A DNA stretch of 64,000 nt from the NCBI RefSeq assembly GCF_009914755.1, contig NC_060932.1; one strand, written 5' to 3'. A program made the position numbers and the translations under genes. Under the pieces are notes generated by a model. That model did not search any database. It was not told the DNA's origin and saw nothing but the letters and a program-made list of their open reading frames with translations. Positions 1-14,594 of this stretch are shown piece after piece (positions within the stretch are counted from its first letter, which is position 1; every line of letters begins with the position of its first letter). This DNA is from the human T2T-CHM13v2.0 reference genome, Homo sapiens.

Positions 1-1960
1 GTCTGAAGTATACACACAATAGCTTTCATTACAGAGTCAAATTGCAGGCAAGGTTTATGTAACAATCCATACTGGAAATCCGGGCTGTAAGCCTGACTGT
101 TCCCACCCGCCCGACAAAGGGCTGTTTGGGCTCAATCTCATCTCTCCAACTGCATACGTCATGGACTGATTAGGTATTTTATGAGTGCAGCGTGGGAAAG
201 GCTTAAGAAAGATCTTCAGCTTTCAAAATGTTAGGGATCCTCCACCTCTCTTAGAGTGGATGAAATCCAGACCAGGAGCAGGGGAATAAGAGTTCACTAG
301 GGCCACTGCTAACATGACTTCCAGACAGTGGCATTCAGAGGATTGGAGCCTTCAAAACACCCCCGTGTGGGGCTCTCCGCACCCCTTCCCTCTCGTCCCT
401 GAATCCTCCCAGCAGCCACAGTAACACAAGCTTGCACATAGAGCACACGGCCAGGAGGTGCCCGGGGGCCACCGGAGCAACACAGCCTGAGACTCTGTGC
501 CAGGCTCCTCCCCTGGATTCTTGTGCACATGTCTTACTCCTATCAGCAGACCACAGCCCCATAGATCCTCACTGGCCTCAGAGCTGGCAAATGGATGGCA
601 AGGAGCTGGTTCCCTGGTGACCGCCACACCTTTGCTCCTCCTCCTCCTCCTTGGAAGGAGACTCAGATCTCAGGTGCTTGCTTGATTAGAGATGGCCACA
701 CCTCCAAGCCACTCTTCAGGTGGCTCCAGGGGTGGTTGGCTGGTTGCGTGCTCTGTGGACAGAATAACTGGTGTTGGCCTTCGTTGTCTTTTGTGTCCTG
801 TGAGTAGGCAGACTCCGGCCTTGACATCCCTGTGTTTCTGTGGCCTGAAATCAGTCGAGATGCCAGCTCTTGAACAGGGTCCCCATACTCCACGTGGATT
901 CTTTTCCCAATGTTTTGACGCATTCTGCAAACTGTTGGAAGGCAATTTCTCTCCCCTGTAGCAGCTCCCTCTGCCCTCAGGAATGTGATTTACAATCTGA
1001 TGAGGCCATAAACCTCTACTTTTCACGTCTGAAAAACAGCAAAGTATGGGAAAGAATGTAAATTATAAATACTGAATTCCTATGGTCAGCAATAATGGAA
1101 TGGCCTGGGTGGGTTATTTTTTTTAATATGGTATGCATATGGCTTTAATTTCGAAGGGGTTGGGTCCTCCCCCACCACTGTATTTCTTGGGAGAACAGAT
1201 AACAGCAAAATGTCCTGCTGTGATACGGTGTTTTTCCAAAATGAAAAAATAGCATCTTTCTGATGACTCACTGGCCAAATACTTTGAAAGGCCACTGTCC
1301 ATGGAGGGGGATGGGATGGTAGGTGACAGTGACATTTCCATACTCACCACCCTGGTGATCTGGTGTCTGTCCACCCCAAAATAACCCCCAATGTTCTCAC
1401 TTAGCAACCTCCCGCCACCCCACTTTAACTTTCTAGGAGGAGGTTTTCCTATGAGATTTTTGAAATTCTCTTCCCATCTCTCTTATCAGTTGAGGTTCTG
1501 CTCCCTAACTGGGAACAGACTTCTGATTGCCACCATGAGCAGGAAAGACAGCCACAAAGCCGAGAGGCTGTGCAGGTTTGAGTTTTCATTCCAGCGGTGG
1601 GTCAGCGCCTGGCTTAGATTTCACACGCTGGGCAGCAGCAGCCCTGCGCTTTGCTGAGGTGGGAAAGAGCCACCAATCACGGGGTGAATTCCTGCTGCTG
1701 TTCTCAGACCACAGAAGCCAATGTGTGGTATTGCTGTGCTGGTGTTCAGCACTTTTCCCCTTAAACCCTCGCTCGTCCCAGTTCAAAACGATGGGTGAAA
1801 GCTGAAAAAACACCCAGGGCCCAAAGTTCCCAAACTCCTGTTTTAACAGCCCACGCCTGCCGGAGCATCTATGACAAAGTGAACGGAGCTGTGTTTTTCT
1901 TGGTGTGGTCCGTTAAGTATGCTGACGGTGGAGGAGTGTGCATGAGAATAGGATGCCTGA

Positions 1961-2231
1961 AATCGCAAACATATCCACCCACAGAAACACATAATCTCAC
2001 AAACACCTATTCACTCAACACTCACCCTTTGTGTCTTCCTGCCGCTTTCTCTGGACCACATTTGAGTCACAAAATCCCAGGCTCAGCTTGAGTGCAATCA
2101 CAAATGTATCCACCTACAGAAACGCATAATCTCACAGATACCTATTCACTCACATACTCACCCTTTGTGTCTTCCCGTCGCTTTCTCTGGACTGCATTTG
2201 AGTCACAAAATGCCAGGCTCAGCTTGAGTGC
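1961..2231. repeat. Tandem duplication, two copies of a 135/136-bp unique-sequence unit
   Basis: 1961-2095 and 2096-2231 align end to end (aatcgcaaacatatccacc...gctcagcttgagtgc vs aatcacaaatgtatccacc...gctcagcttgagtgc); each copy holds TGAGTCA. Confidence 0.95.
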
Positions 2232-2460
2232 AAGGCTAGCCAGACCACACATAGGGCATGAAGGAGAGGCCGTTATGGTTCTCGGTAACATCCACGTATG
2301 TTTCTATGCTTTGGCCACCCAGATCACCTCAGCTGCAGGTCCATTCATCAATATTACGTATCTGCCAAAGAGTTTTTGTTTATGTACATCTAAGAAATTT
2401 CAACAGAAAGGAGATAAGCCCAACACCATTATCCATTTAAAAAAAAAAAGTACACATCTT

Positions 2461-3345
<885 letters not shown>

Positions 3346-4179
3346 GCAACAGCGGCTTCCCTTTGGTCCAGATGGTGCCCTCTTGTGTAAATAGTGTTGT
3401 TAAATGAATGCCCATCAGCTGGAGGACACTCGATGACACACTGGAATGTGGAAAGAGCAGGGCAGATGAAAGAATCACCAAACACCTTCTGAATGAGCAC
3501 TCACATCAGTCAACAGGAAGCCTCCACTGTACTGTGATCAGTTTTCGCTTTCAAGTGATTGACTATTATGTTAATAGATTATGAAATGGAAGTGATCAAA
3601 AAAAAATGGAGGCATCAGCCTTGTATTTGAAGTAAGTTTTGTAAGTAAATCTTATAAAGGAAAATGACAGAATCAGAGTTCTGGAGTAACGGATGCTCCA
3701 AAATGTGATTGTTGGCCTGTAAATTATCTTGTATTGTCACGGGTTTTTCAGGCGACATTGCTGCGAGCAGCAGAATTGCCTTTTAGGTTTGGAACAATGG
3801 TGTAAACACAACTTCTGGCGCTCTGTTTCAGAGCTGGCCAGCTTCATGAAATCTCGCCCAAAATGGGTATGACAGAGTTGGCCCAAGGACAGAAACAAGG
3901 GTCTACATCTTGTGTGAGATCCACTGCGCCAACCTTTCTCATTTATACTGTTTTAGCCCTTGATTTTTAAATATTGCAAACGGTTGTATCATGTTTAAAA
4001 AAATTCTTTATTGTCCAGCTGCTCCGACTGGGAGAGGGAAAAGGAATATTGAGATTTTCCAAATAAATTGTTTAATATTTAACATGTTGACATCGCCTTT
4101 GTGCTGTTGAGTTGCTAATGTGACTGGCACGTGATGTTTTTACTCTCCTTGGCAAAATAATTTCTATCAAAGCTAATGC

Positions 4180-4610
4180 TTCCTTAGGCTGTGTGCCATG
4201 CACCTTACTTTGTGCTTTTCGTGGATTTTCTGATTTATTCCTCGCAAGATCTTCACTGATGTTGCCCCATTTTACAGGTGGAGAAACGAGAGGTTTGAAG
4301 AAGTTAAGTGACTCAGGTAATCTTCTAGAATGCAGATCTTGATCCTCTACCTGAGATGTGATAGTGTAAGAACTCTAGCTCACACACCAAATTTTTCTGG
4401 TTCAGATCCTGCCCCTACCACTAACAAACTGTTTAACTTTGGGCAACTTATTTCATCACTGTGCCTCAGTTTCATCCTCTGAGAACCAGGAATGATAATA
4501 CCTACCTCATAGGGTTGTTAAGAAGAAATCCCAAATGCATCTTTTACAAGCACATATAACAGTGTCCAGCCTGTCATGAGTGTTCAATAAATATGTGCTG
4601 TTATCACTGT
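4180..4610. mobile_element. Two MIR SINEs in opposite orientation (minus ~4180-4320, plus ~4360-4610)
   Basis: ccccattttacaggtggagaaac...aagttaagtgact and ttgggcaacttatttc...gcctcagtttcatc...aataatacctacctcatagggttgtt are MIR core motifs. Confidence 0.8.
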
Positions 4611-4869
4611 TACACTGACTGCCTCTTTGGAGGCAGGGAAACATTAAGAAGCAATTGTGATAAACTAAGCAGGAGCTGGTGAGGACCTGAACTAGGGCAG
4701 CCTTTGGATGGAGAGGAAGAAACAAACCAGAGAGACCTTACAGAGAGAAGCAGTGGGGCTTGATGCCCAATGAGAGGGATTCAGGATAAAGCCCATACTC
4801 TGGCATCTCAAGGGAGCACCAGGATCCCACCCAGCTGTGTGTCCAGCATCAGCTCCTGCTGATCCCTAC

Positions 4870-5200
4870 ATCTCCACGCTTCTCCCTTATACTTAGCACT
4901 GTGGAACCACTGGGCCTCCGCACAGCCCACCAAGTGCACCACACTCCCAGGCTCCTGCCTGGAATGCCTGCCCCGGGCATTCTGCCTGGCAAGTTCCACT
5001 TGTCCCTCAAGTCTCAGTGCAAATACTCTACACTCTGTTTCTGTGAAACTCCCCTCATCCCCTATGCACTTGGAAGTGCTCTCCTGTCCTGTTATTCACC
5101 TCTTTCATACCGGTGCTGTTGCGGATCTCAACTACACTCCAGGCTCCTTGGGTGTTCATCCCCAGCACCTACACAGCAGGTGTTCAGTAAATGCTCTCAG
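4870..5200 (+). mobile_element. L2 3' fragment
   Basis: ctgcctggaatgcc...tccctcaagtctcag...cccagcacctacacagcaggtgttcagtaaatg pattern. Confidence 0.6.
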
Positions 5201-5684
5201 AGTGAGATTGCAGGACAGAGGGCACAGACTAACCCTCCCTGGATGTGACACTTCCGGTGTGGGTTGTTCGGGTTCCCTCTGATTATGTAGAAATGTTGTA
5301 AGTGTCCTCTGGCCCATGCGCCCCTCAGCCTGCATGTGGTGGTTGGGTCCTGCCACCTCCACTTCTTTAGCTGGCACATTCAGGCTGTGTCCGAGGGCCC
5401 ACACCTGGTATTGCTTACTTTTTTCTTGTAAGACCTCCACCAACTGTAGAAATTGATAGCCCCTGCTTTGGCATGCTAATCAGAAAATACCTTCTTTCCA
5501 AGTTTCTTAAAACTTCCTTCTTTGGGGTAATGACTGAGGATCAATTTCTGATCATTAGTACTTGAGCTGGGACAGGTGCCAAGGCATCCACTCTCCTCCA
5601 CCAGTACCTGCTTTGATCTTGCCAGATCCCAAAGAAGGCTGTGATTTTCTCCCTTGGATACCAGTTCATGGGTATAACTCAAAC

Positions 5685-5901
5685 TTCAGGTTTTGTGGGG
5701 CTCTCCATTTGGGGTTCACAATTCTAGAGGTTCTTTAATAAAAATAATATCCAAAAGCTCTTATTCTTGAAATTTCACAAAAATGAATGCCATGTGGCTC
5801 CATTGCTAGACTAATTCCCAGGGTCTTGGAAGATGCACATGCAAAGGAAGGGAGGGGACTCAAGAGCATAGCTTCATTAACTTCACAGTGAATCCACCTC
5901 T
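5685..5901. mobile_element. hAT-type MITE (MER53-like)
   Basis: caggttttgtgggg start and gcttcattaacttcacagtgaatccacctct end resemble recalled MER53 termini. Confidence 0.5.
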
Positions 5902-5917
5902 AATATAACCAGGATAA

Positions 5918-6346
<429 letters not shown>

Positions 6347-9299
6347 CAAATTCTCTTAACACTAGGGATTTATTCCACCCACTGGGGTTGGAGAACTGGG
6401 CGGTCCCACCAACCTGGGGGCACTATGAGGTAAGCACTCTGCTCCACAGGCTCAACCCAGGGCAGTGAACGGTTGTCCTCTCTGGCATGATACTGTTTTC
6501 CATTTCCACCCCACTGTGATAGTGTTTTAGCTTGGGTGGCTGGGTGGCACTATGCCTGGAAGTCACTCCCAAAGCACAAGACAGTGCCAGGGAGGTTGGA
6601 AGTTCAAGCCTCAAACACAGTCTACTCCAGACCCAGCCCTTGCCCCACGAGGAGCCCAATTTTCCAGCCAGGCACCCCCTTGACTCATGAGGAATCTTCC
6701 TTTGTGGCCTTGGCATCCACCCAGAATCAACCTAATCCATCCAGGAGATCCCCATAAGGGCTACCTCAAAAGGAAAGAGGTGGAACCGTTGGCCTCTGGA
6801 GATTTGTCACTTCCCCGGAACACTTGCTGATGGAGAGTATTGCAAGTGGGTGCTTCGCTGGGCCACAAAAGCAAAACAAAAAGTTCTGCTGCAGCAGGTC
6901 CCCGAGTTCAACTTTTATGGCTCCTTGCCCGTAAGGAGCTGGCTGGATCCACTTCAGTGCATCTGACAGTTCCATACCAGAGCTGCTTCCTTCCTGATGG
7001 AATCCACCGCCCCTCTGGTTTTCAGATGGGACTGCAATGTTTGTCGGGGGTTTTCCGGAGCTTTGCTGAGTCCCAGGGTCTAGGCTGCCAGGGGCTGCAT
7101 CTGCTCTGCATCTAGGGAAGATGTTCTTCCTTCTGTGTCTTCTGAGGCTTAGTTACTGCTCTGATCAAAAAAGAGTCTAAAGAAAAGGCACTTCCATTGG
7201 CGGTTCTCCCCAAACTGAACTAATTATCTTTCATCCTCCTAACTCTATCCTGTCATGGTGAGTTTAGGTTGGGGAGCTATTAAATGATCATCCCTCCTGC
7301 ATCCGCTTACTGCAAGCTTTCCAGACAGGCAATGATGGACCACTGAGAACATTTTATCCCTGAACAAAACACATTAGTGTTTTTTGAAAATGTGTTCTCT
7401 CAAGAAAGCCAGCCCCATGTGCAACAACCTCCATTTCCAAGCAAGTAACTGTGTTAATCTGACTTCTCCCTAGTGTTAACTGAGCCAAACGTGAATCACT
7501 CACTTGGCCACAGGGAGAGGTGGACTCGTCGTTCTGTAAGATTACAATCCCATAATCCGCCTCCTGATCTCTTCTGCTGATGGAAGCCAGAGTCTGGGCT
7601 CCATTAAAAGATGACTGGGGAAATAAAACAGAATAGCACATTTTCACCTTCTTTCCGATCCAAGGAGAGTTGCTCCCAGATGCTGTATCTGCAGTCCAGC
7701 TTCTGACTTGCAAACAGTTCAAGAAGGAGGCTGTGGCCTGGATGGCAGAACACCCTGTATGAGATAGCTGTCACATGCAAACACGTGCACATGCAGACAG
7801 GGGAGACAAGGAGCAACGAAGAAGTTTGAAGGAGGGGGCTCAGGGTCAAGCCTTGGTTGAATCCCTTACATTGCAAAGGTTAAGACACTGAGGCCCAGAG
7901 TAGTGCAATGACTTGGCCAGGGCCACAGAGCTGGTGATAGCAGAGCCAGGGTTCAGGCCACCTTCAGATTCCTCCTCCTAGCTTCTTGCCCTTATACACC
8001 ATGTCCACCCAAGAGCCACTAAATATGAACCACACATTGCTTGTGCAGCCTTGGGGCTTCATACACTTAGGGAATGTGCCCTTTCTACCAAACTTCTTTT
8101 TCTCTTCCCTGACACCACATTTCTCATCTTCAGAAGCCTGCTCCACTCTCTGAAGCCTTCTGTCACTGACTAACAGTTCAGAACTTTAAAGGGCATGTAT
8201 ACACAAAAACAGAATGCACCCAGCCAAGGATGCTTATCAAGAGTGGCAAAAAAAACCCGCAAAAGGAGAGTATCAGGAGTGGCCAACCCTGGGGTGATTT
8301 GAGGTGTTTAGAAAAAGCAAACGACTATTATTTAAAAGGAAATGGGCACAGCTTACAAACTCCACATATAGAACAAGAGTAGGAGACAAAAGAATGGGTG
8401 TTCACTCCTTGGGAATAGAGTTCAATCTGACTGTTTCTCTCTCACTGCTGCAGTTCCTTCTGTGATTTCTCTTTTCTCTTTATCAGGGCTCATAAGCCAT
8501 GCTCTGGCCCTCCCTCATGTCCCTGGTCCCTTTCTCCCCTCATCTCTGTCCCCGGCCATTCTGGACTGTTTCCATTGCTCGAATATTCATCAGGGTCTTT
8601 TTCGTCACACCCTTCCCCCTACCCCGCCACTAGGAAGCTCATCTTCACCCTTTCATTCTCAATCAGAACAGTTCTGTAGCAAGACATGCAGGCTAGCTCG
8701 TTACCCCCATGGCATCTACCTCCTTTTGTGAGTAACGTGAAAATCTGAGGGAGCACGAGTCAGGAATCTGCCTTGACCATGAACCTGAGTTGTTTAGATT
8801 TCGTTTATATGTTCTCCATCAAGAGAATCCCATTCAAACTAGAAAAGGCGGTGCACACATGGATAGAAGAGAACTGAAGCCCACAGTGGCAGCTGACTGT
8901 GTCAGGTGCACTAAATATCATGCTTCTGTTGCAGTAAATATCATGGTGCTGAAGTTCATAGTTGCGGTGGGTTAAACCCCGAGAAACAAGAATGTATTGT
9001 ATCAGGAGAGAGAAGAGAAAAAATAGATTTTGAAAACTGCAGGTCAACAAGCGTGGTCTTAATCCACAGTAAAATTCTAGAGCAGATTATTAAAGGGTGG
9101 TCTGTGACCATCTTTATAGAAGCAAGCATTGATCACTGGGCATTAGCAGAGGTTCACTAAGAACAAGCCATGCAGAGCTAATGTTGTATTGCTTTTACAC
9201 GTAGTTATCAGATTGGTAGATCAAGGGAATACTACAAATGAGCAAAGAGCAGAGTACAAATCCCACCTAAGCAAAAATAAAATAAAATAAAGGACCTAC

Positions 9300-9450
9300 C
9301 TCAACTTTGAGAAACACAGTGTGCTACTGTAGTTTCTCTTGAAGATTCACAGGACACATTAGCACATTAAAGGTTCTGAGAAGTCCTGCACCAAAAAACC
9401 TATTTAATACCATCCCACTGATCAAGCATTCTACAGAACACACTCGGAAA
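9300..9450. mobile_element. hAT-Charlie-type MER fragment inside the CR1
   Basis: actttgagaaacac...cacattagcacattaaaggttctgagaagtcctgca motif interrupts the CR1 RT alignment. Confidence 0.5.
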
Positions 9451-10229
9451 AAAAAGAGGATGTTTTGGATGAATTCCAGCAGGTGTTTTGCAAAGCTTTT
9501 TATTACATAAACTGTGAGGAGGTAGAGAAATGAAATGTGGAGTTAAAAATAACTCACTGGAATCACAGCTGGGTAGACAACTGTACTGAAAGAGCATTAA
9601 TTAATCGATGAATTGCCACCCTGTTGGAGGTGTCCAGTGGATGTCTCAAGGCTCTGCTCTTGGTCCTGGCATGTTCAACATTCTTATCAGTGACTTGTAT
9701 CACAACATTGAAGACTTACTTTTACAATGTTCAGATAGCCTAAAGCCAGAGAAGCAGCGAATATGCTGTTTAACAAATTGAAATACTCTCTCAAAACCAA
9801 TAAATGAATCCAACAGGATCCCATTGAGACTTATTAGAAGCAATGGTGTAAGTAAGGGATGGATGAAATGTGACTTGAAACCAGCTCATATGAAAAAGAC
9901 CCAGGTTGCAGCTACATCAAGATCAGCCGAAGCCAAATGTGTGACAGGTCTACTATGCTTCTTAAGTCAGCGAAGCCATCCTGGGCATGCAAATGGCGTG
10001 CAGGGCAAGCAAGCTAGGCAGGATGGTCTGGCCACACTGGGTATTGAATTCTGGTCTTATGGTGCATTTCAAGAGGGACATTGACAAACTGGAGCCTGTT
10101 CAGAGAATAACCAACATCAGGAGAGGTCTAGAGAACTTGTACGCTGAGAAGGAAAGTCTGTAGAAACCAGGGATATTTAGATGGTCTATAAGAGAAGATG
10201 AGGAGCATGGTGATGACAACTGGCTTTGA

Positions 10230-10440
10230 GAGGCAGTGTAGTGTAGTAGAAAAGAGGTGAGTTTGTGTTCAAATCTCTGCTCCAGTACTTCCAACTGTGT
10301 AACTTAGACAAGTTTCTTAATATCTCTAATGACTCTTAATGTCTCTAATGACTCTTCAGAGTCCTTAGATGAGAAACCATCATCCCTATTGAGTGGCACT
10401 ATTGGAATGTGTTTGGAGCAGAGTAAGTGGTCAACACATG
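10230..10440 (+). mobile_element. MIR
   Basis: gttcaaatctctgctccagtacttccaactgtgtaacttagacaagtttcttaa. Confidence 0.65.
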
Positions 10441-11059
10441 CTTGTCTTCCCTTTATCCATGTGAAGAATGGCAGTCACGGCAATGAGAAGGGTGACTATT
10501 TGCTATAGATTTGTGGGGAAAATTGGGAGCAATAGGAGAATTCCCCAAAGGGAGACAGATTTGGTGATGAAAGGCAGGAACTTTATAATAACCAAAAACC
10601 TGGAAATCAAAAGAACTGGCTCACTGCCTTTAAGTTGACACTGGAACTTCCACAGATACTTGTAGAAGAGATCTCTGTTTGGGGTGAGAGGTGGGATTAG
10701 ATGACCCCCCAGATCCCTTTCAACTCTAAAATCCTGTGATTCAAAGATACAGCCAGACTATTTATTGTTCTCTTCTGTATGTAGTTAACTCATATATTCA
10801 CCCTCCCCATTCATGTATAGTACAGTGATACTTATATGTACTTACTTAAAGTTATTCCTTGGCCATTCCCCATGTATGGGTTTTTCTCTCTCCTCTATTA
10901 GTGTTCACATTACAGCCTCGTTCAGGAGCTTGTCCAAAGTGGGCACTTAATAAATGTTAATAGACTAATAAGAGAGGTCTGCGTAGAGTGATGACTGTGA
11001 GTCATTACTCATAATGACTCATACAGGCATATATTTGAACTCATACTGTATGACTCCTT

Positions 11060-11250
11060 TGGACTCATACAGGCATGTATTCAAATCTTGGCTCTACTTC
11101 TTGGGCAAGTTTCTGTCTGGGCCTCTATGTCCTCATCTATGAAATGGAGATAGTAATATTAGCTTTATCAGATGAAATGAAATAAGATTGTTTTAAGTCC
11201 TTGGAAAAATAGTAAGTATACAGTAGATGGCAGATAGAATTATTTTTGTT
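11060..11250 (+). mobile_element. MIR
   Basis: ttcaaatcttggctctacttcttgggcaagt...cctcatctatgaaatggagatagtaata. Confidence 0.7.
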
Positions 11251-11827
11251 GTTGCTACCAGAGTGAATGTAAATCTATTTAATACTTATATAGGGGTTTT
11301 CTGACTACACAGTAAGAGGCATAGGAACAAATGGGTTCTTCCTGCACCTACTTGTTTCAAAACATTTTCTCCTAAACAGTGTTCTTGTTTATACCCCAAA
11401 GCCTTCTTAAGTCTATTCTCCCATTCCTAGCAACGTATATGATTGGCACAAAGAGGAACCAATTGGAAATGAGCAAAAATGGAGAGACTGAAGTGGGCAT
11501 GACTTTAGCCTAGCCAGAAAATCTATGCCAAGGCCCAAGCTGGTCTGAGGCATCCTCGTGGGGAGTACCTGGTGTGCAGTCTGCCCCTGCTGGCTACCGA
11601 GGGGGCCTCCAGCTGTGGCCACTGGAGAATTGGCCCTGCCATCACCCTCTTGTTGTGCTCTGCAGAACAGGGGAAGTGTCCAAATGAGCATTCCCTCGGG
11701 GGCCCTGTGAGCCCCTCCAGATAGGTCCTGACCTTGGTTAGGCCTAGCCCAGCATGGACCATGGCCTGAACTGCAAGATAGCCGACAAGAAAGTAAGGGA
11801 GAATAAAGCACAGATGCTTTGTAAAGT

Positions 11828-12465
<638 letters not shown>

Positions 12466-12754
12466 TTAACCTCAGCGGCATTATTCACAACAGCCAAAAG
12501 GTGGAAGCAACCCAAGTGTCCATCAGTTAATGAATAGGTAAACAAATATAAACAAATTGTAGTACATCCATACAATGAAATATTGTTTGTCCATAAAAAG
12601 GAATAAGGTACTGACATGCCACAATGTGGATGAACCTTAAAAACACTATGCCACTTGAAAGAAGTCAGTCACAAAAGGCCACATGTTATATGATTACATT
12701 CATATGAAACTCCAGAAGAGGAAAACCTGTAGAGACAGTAAGTGGATTAGTGGT

Positions 12755-13043
12755 GGGCAGTACTAATGGGAGACTGAGGCAGGAAGATTGCTTGAGCTCA
12801 GAAGTTCACTACCAGCCTGGGCAACATAGCAAGACCCTGTCTCTACAAAAAAAAAAAAAAAACAACCAAAAAAATTAGCCCGGCATTAGTGGCATGCACC
12901 TGAAGTCTCAGCCACTGAGGAGACTGAGGCAGGAGGATGGCTTGAGCCTAGGAGATTGAGGTTGCAGTGAGTCATGATTGTCCTCCTGCATTCCTGCCTG
13001 GGTGACAGAGCAAGACCCTATCTCAAAAAAAAAAAAAAAAAAA
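12755..13043 (+). mobile_element. AluJ with 5' deletion
   Basis: AluJ diagnostics (ttgagctcag, gcaagaccct); TSD agt(g/a)gattagtggt at 12741-12754 and 13044-13057. Confidence 0.9.
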
Positions 13044-13212
13044 AGTAGATTAGTGGTTGCCTAGGACTACAGGGAGGGGGCAGTGGAGGTGGAGTGATAG
13101 CTAAAAAGTACAAGAGTTCCTTTCTGAACTGATAAAAGTGTTCTAAAATTGACTGTGGTAATGGTTACACATATCTGTGAATATAGTAAAAACCACTGAA
13201 TTGTATACCTTA

Positions 13213-14594
13213 TTTTTTAAACCACTGTATTGAAGTATGACTGATATACGAAAAGTTGTATGTATTTAATGGGGATAAGAATACACTCAAGAAACCATCA
13301 CCACAATCAAAGCCATAAACTCATCCATCACCTCCAAAGTTGCCTTCTGCCTCCTTTATGTATTTATTTATTTTAATTAAATTTTTTTCTTTTGTGGCAA
13401 GAGTACTTAACATAAGATCTACCTTCTGAGGAAATTTTTAATTATACAATACAGTATTGTAACTGTCGGCTCTATGTTGTACAGTAGATCTCCAGATTTA
13501 TGCATCTTGCATATCAGAAACTTTGTACCCTTTGAACAATACCCCCCCATTCTTCTCCACCCAGCCCCTGATAACCACTATACTACTCTGATTCTATGAG
13601 TTTGACTATTATAGAGTTGTCATAAAAGTGGGATTGTGCACCCTTTGTCTTTCTGTATCTGGCTCATTTCATTTAGCATAACTTCCTCCAGGTCTATGTT
13701 GTTGCAAATGAGAGAACTTCCCTCTTTTTTAAAGTCTGACTAATATCCTACTGTATGTATGTACCACATTTTTAATCCATTCATCCATTAATGGACACTT
13801 AGGTTGATTCCATATCTTGGCTATTGTGAGTAATGTTGCAGTGATTATGAGAGTACAGATATCTCTTCAGAATCCTGACTTCAACTCCTTTGGATGTATA
13901 CTCAGAAGTGAGATTGCTGGATCATACAGTCATTCTATTGTTAACTTTTCAAGGAAATTCCATACTGTTTTCCATAGTGTTTGCACCAATTTACATTTCC
14001 ACCAACAGTGTACAAAGGTTCCCTTTTCTTCACACCCTCACCTTTACACTCACAGACTGATATCTTTCGGAGTTTTTTGATAATAGCCATTCTAACAGAT
14101 GTGAGGTGCTAGCTCATGACTTTGATTTGCATTTCCCTGATGATTAGTGATGTTGAACACCTTTTCATATACCTGTTGTTCATTTGTATGTCTTCTCTCG
14201 TGAAATATCTATTCAAGTCCTTTACCCATTTTTACATAGGGTTATTTGTTTTTGTTTTTGTTTTTTTTTGCTATTGAGTTGTGTGAGTTCTTTATATATT
14301 TTGTATATTAACTTCTTATCAGATAAATGATTTTCCAATACTTCCTTCCATTCTGTAGTTTGCTTTTTCACTCTGTTGGTTGCTTCCTCTGTTATATAGA
14401 AGCTTTTTAGTGTGATATAATCCCATGTTTCTCTTTTTGTTTTTGTTACCTGTGTTTTTGTGTCATATCCAAGAAATCATCGCCAAGTCCAATGGCTGGA
14501 AGTTCTTTCCCTGTTTTCCTCTAAGAGTTTTATGGTTTCCGGTTTTACATTTAAGTCTTTAATCCACTGTGAGTTGATTTTTGCATGTGGTGTG
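13213..14594 (-). mobile_element. L1MA-type element (ORF2 3' end plus 3'UTR) nested in an L1MB
   Basis: Reverse L1 motifs (ttccatatcttggctattgtgagtaatg, cattccctgatgattagtgatgttgaacac-like); degenerate 15-bp TSD gaattgtatacctta / gaattgtgcacttta. Confidence 0.9.

Larger units (their letters stand above)
9000..10745 (+). mobile_element. Ancient CR1/L3 LINE, RT region to 3' end, interrupted by a DNA-transposon relic and a MIR
   Basis: 9150-9230 translates RFTKNKPCRANVVLLLHVVIRLVDQGN and 9647-9697 QGSALGPGMFNILISDL (CR1 RT motifs GFTK..SC.TNL / PQGSVLGP.LFNIFINDL); ends in cccttttcaactctaaaatcctgtgattc-type tail. Confidence 0.85.
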
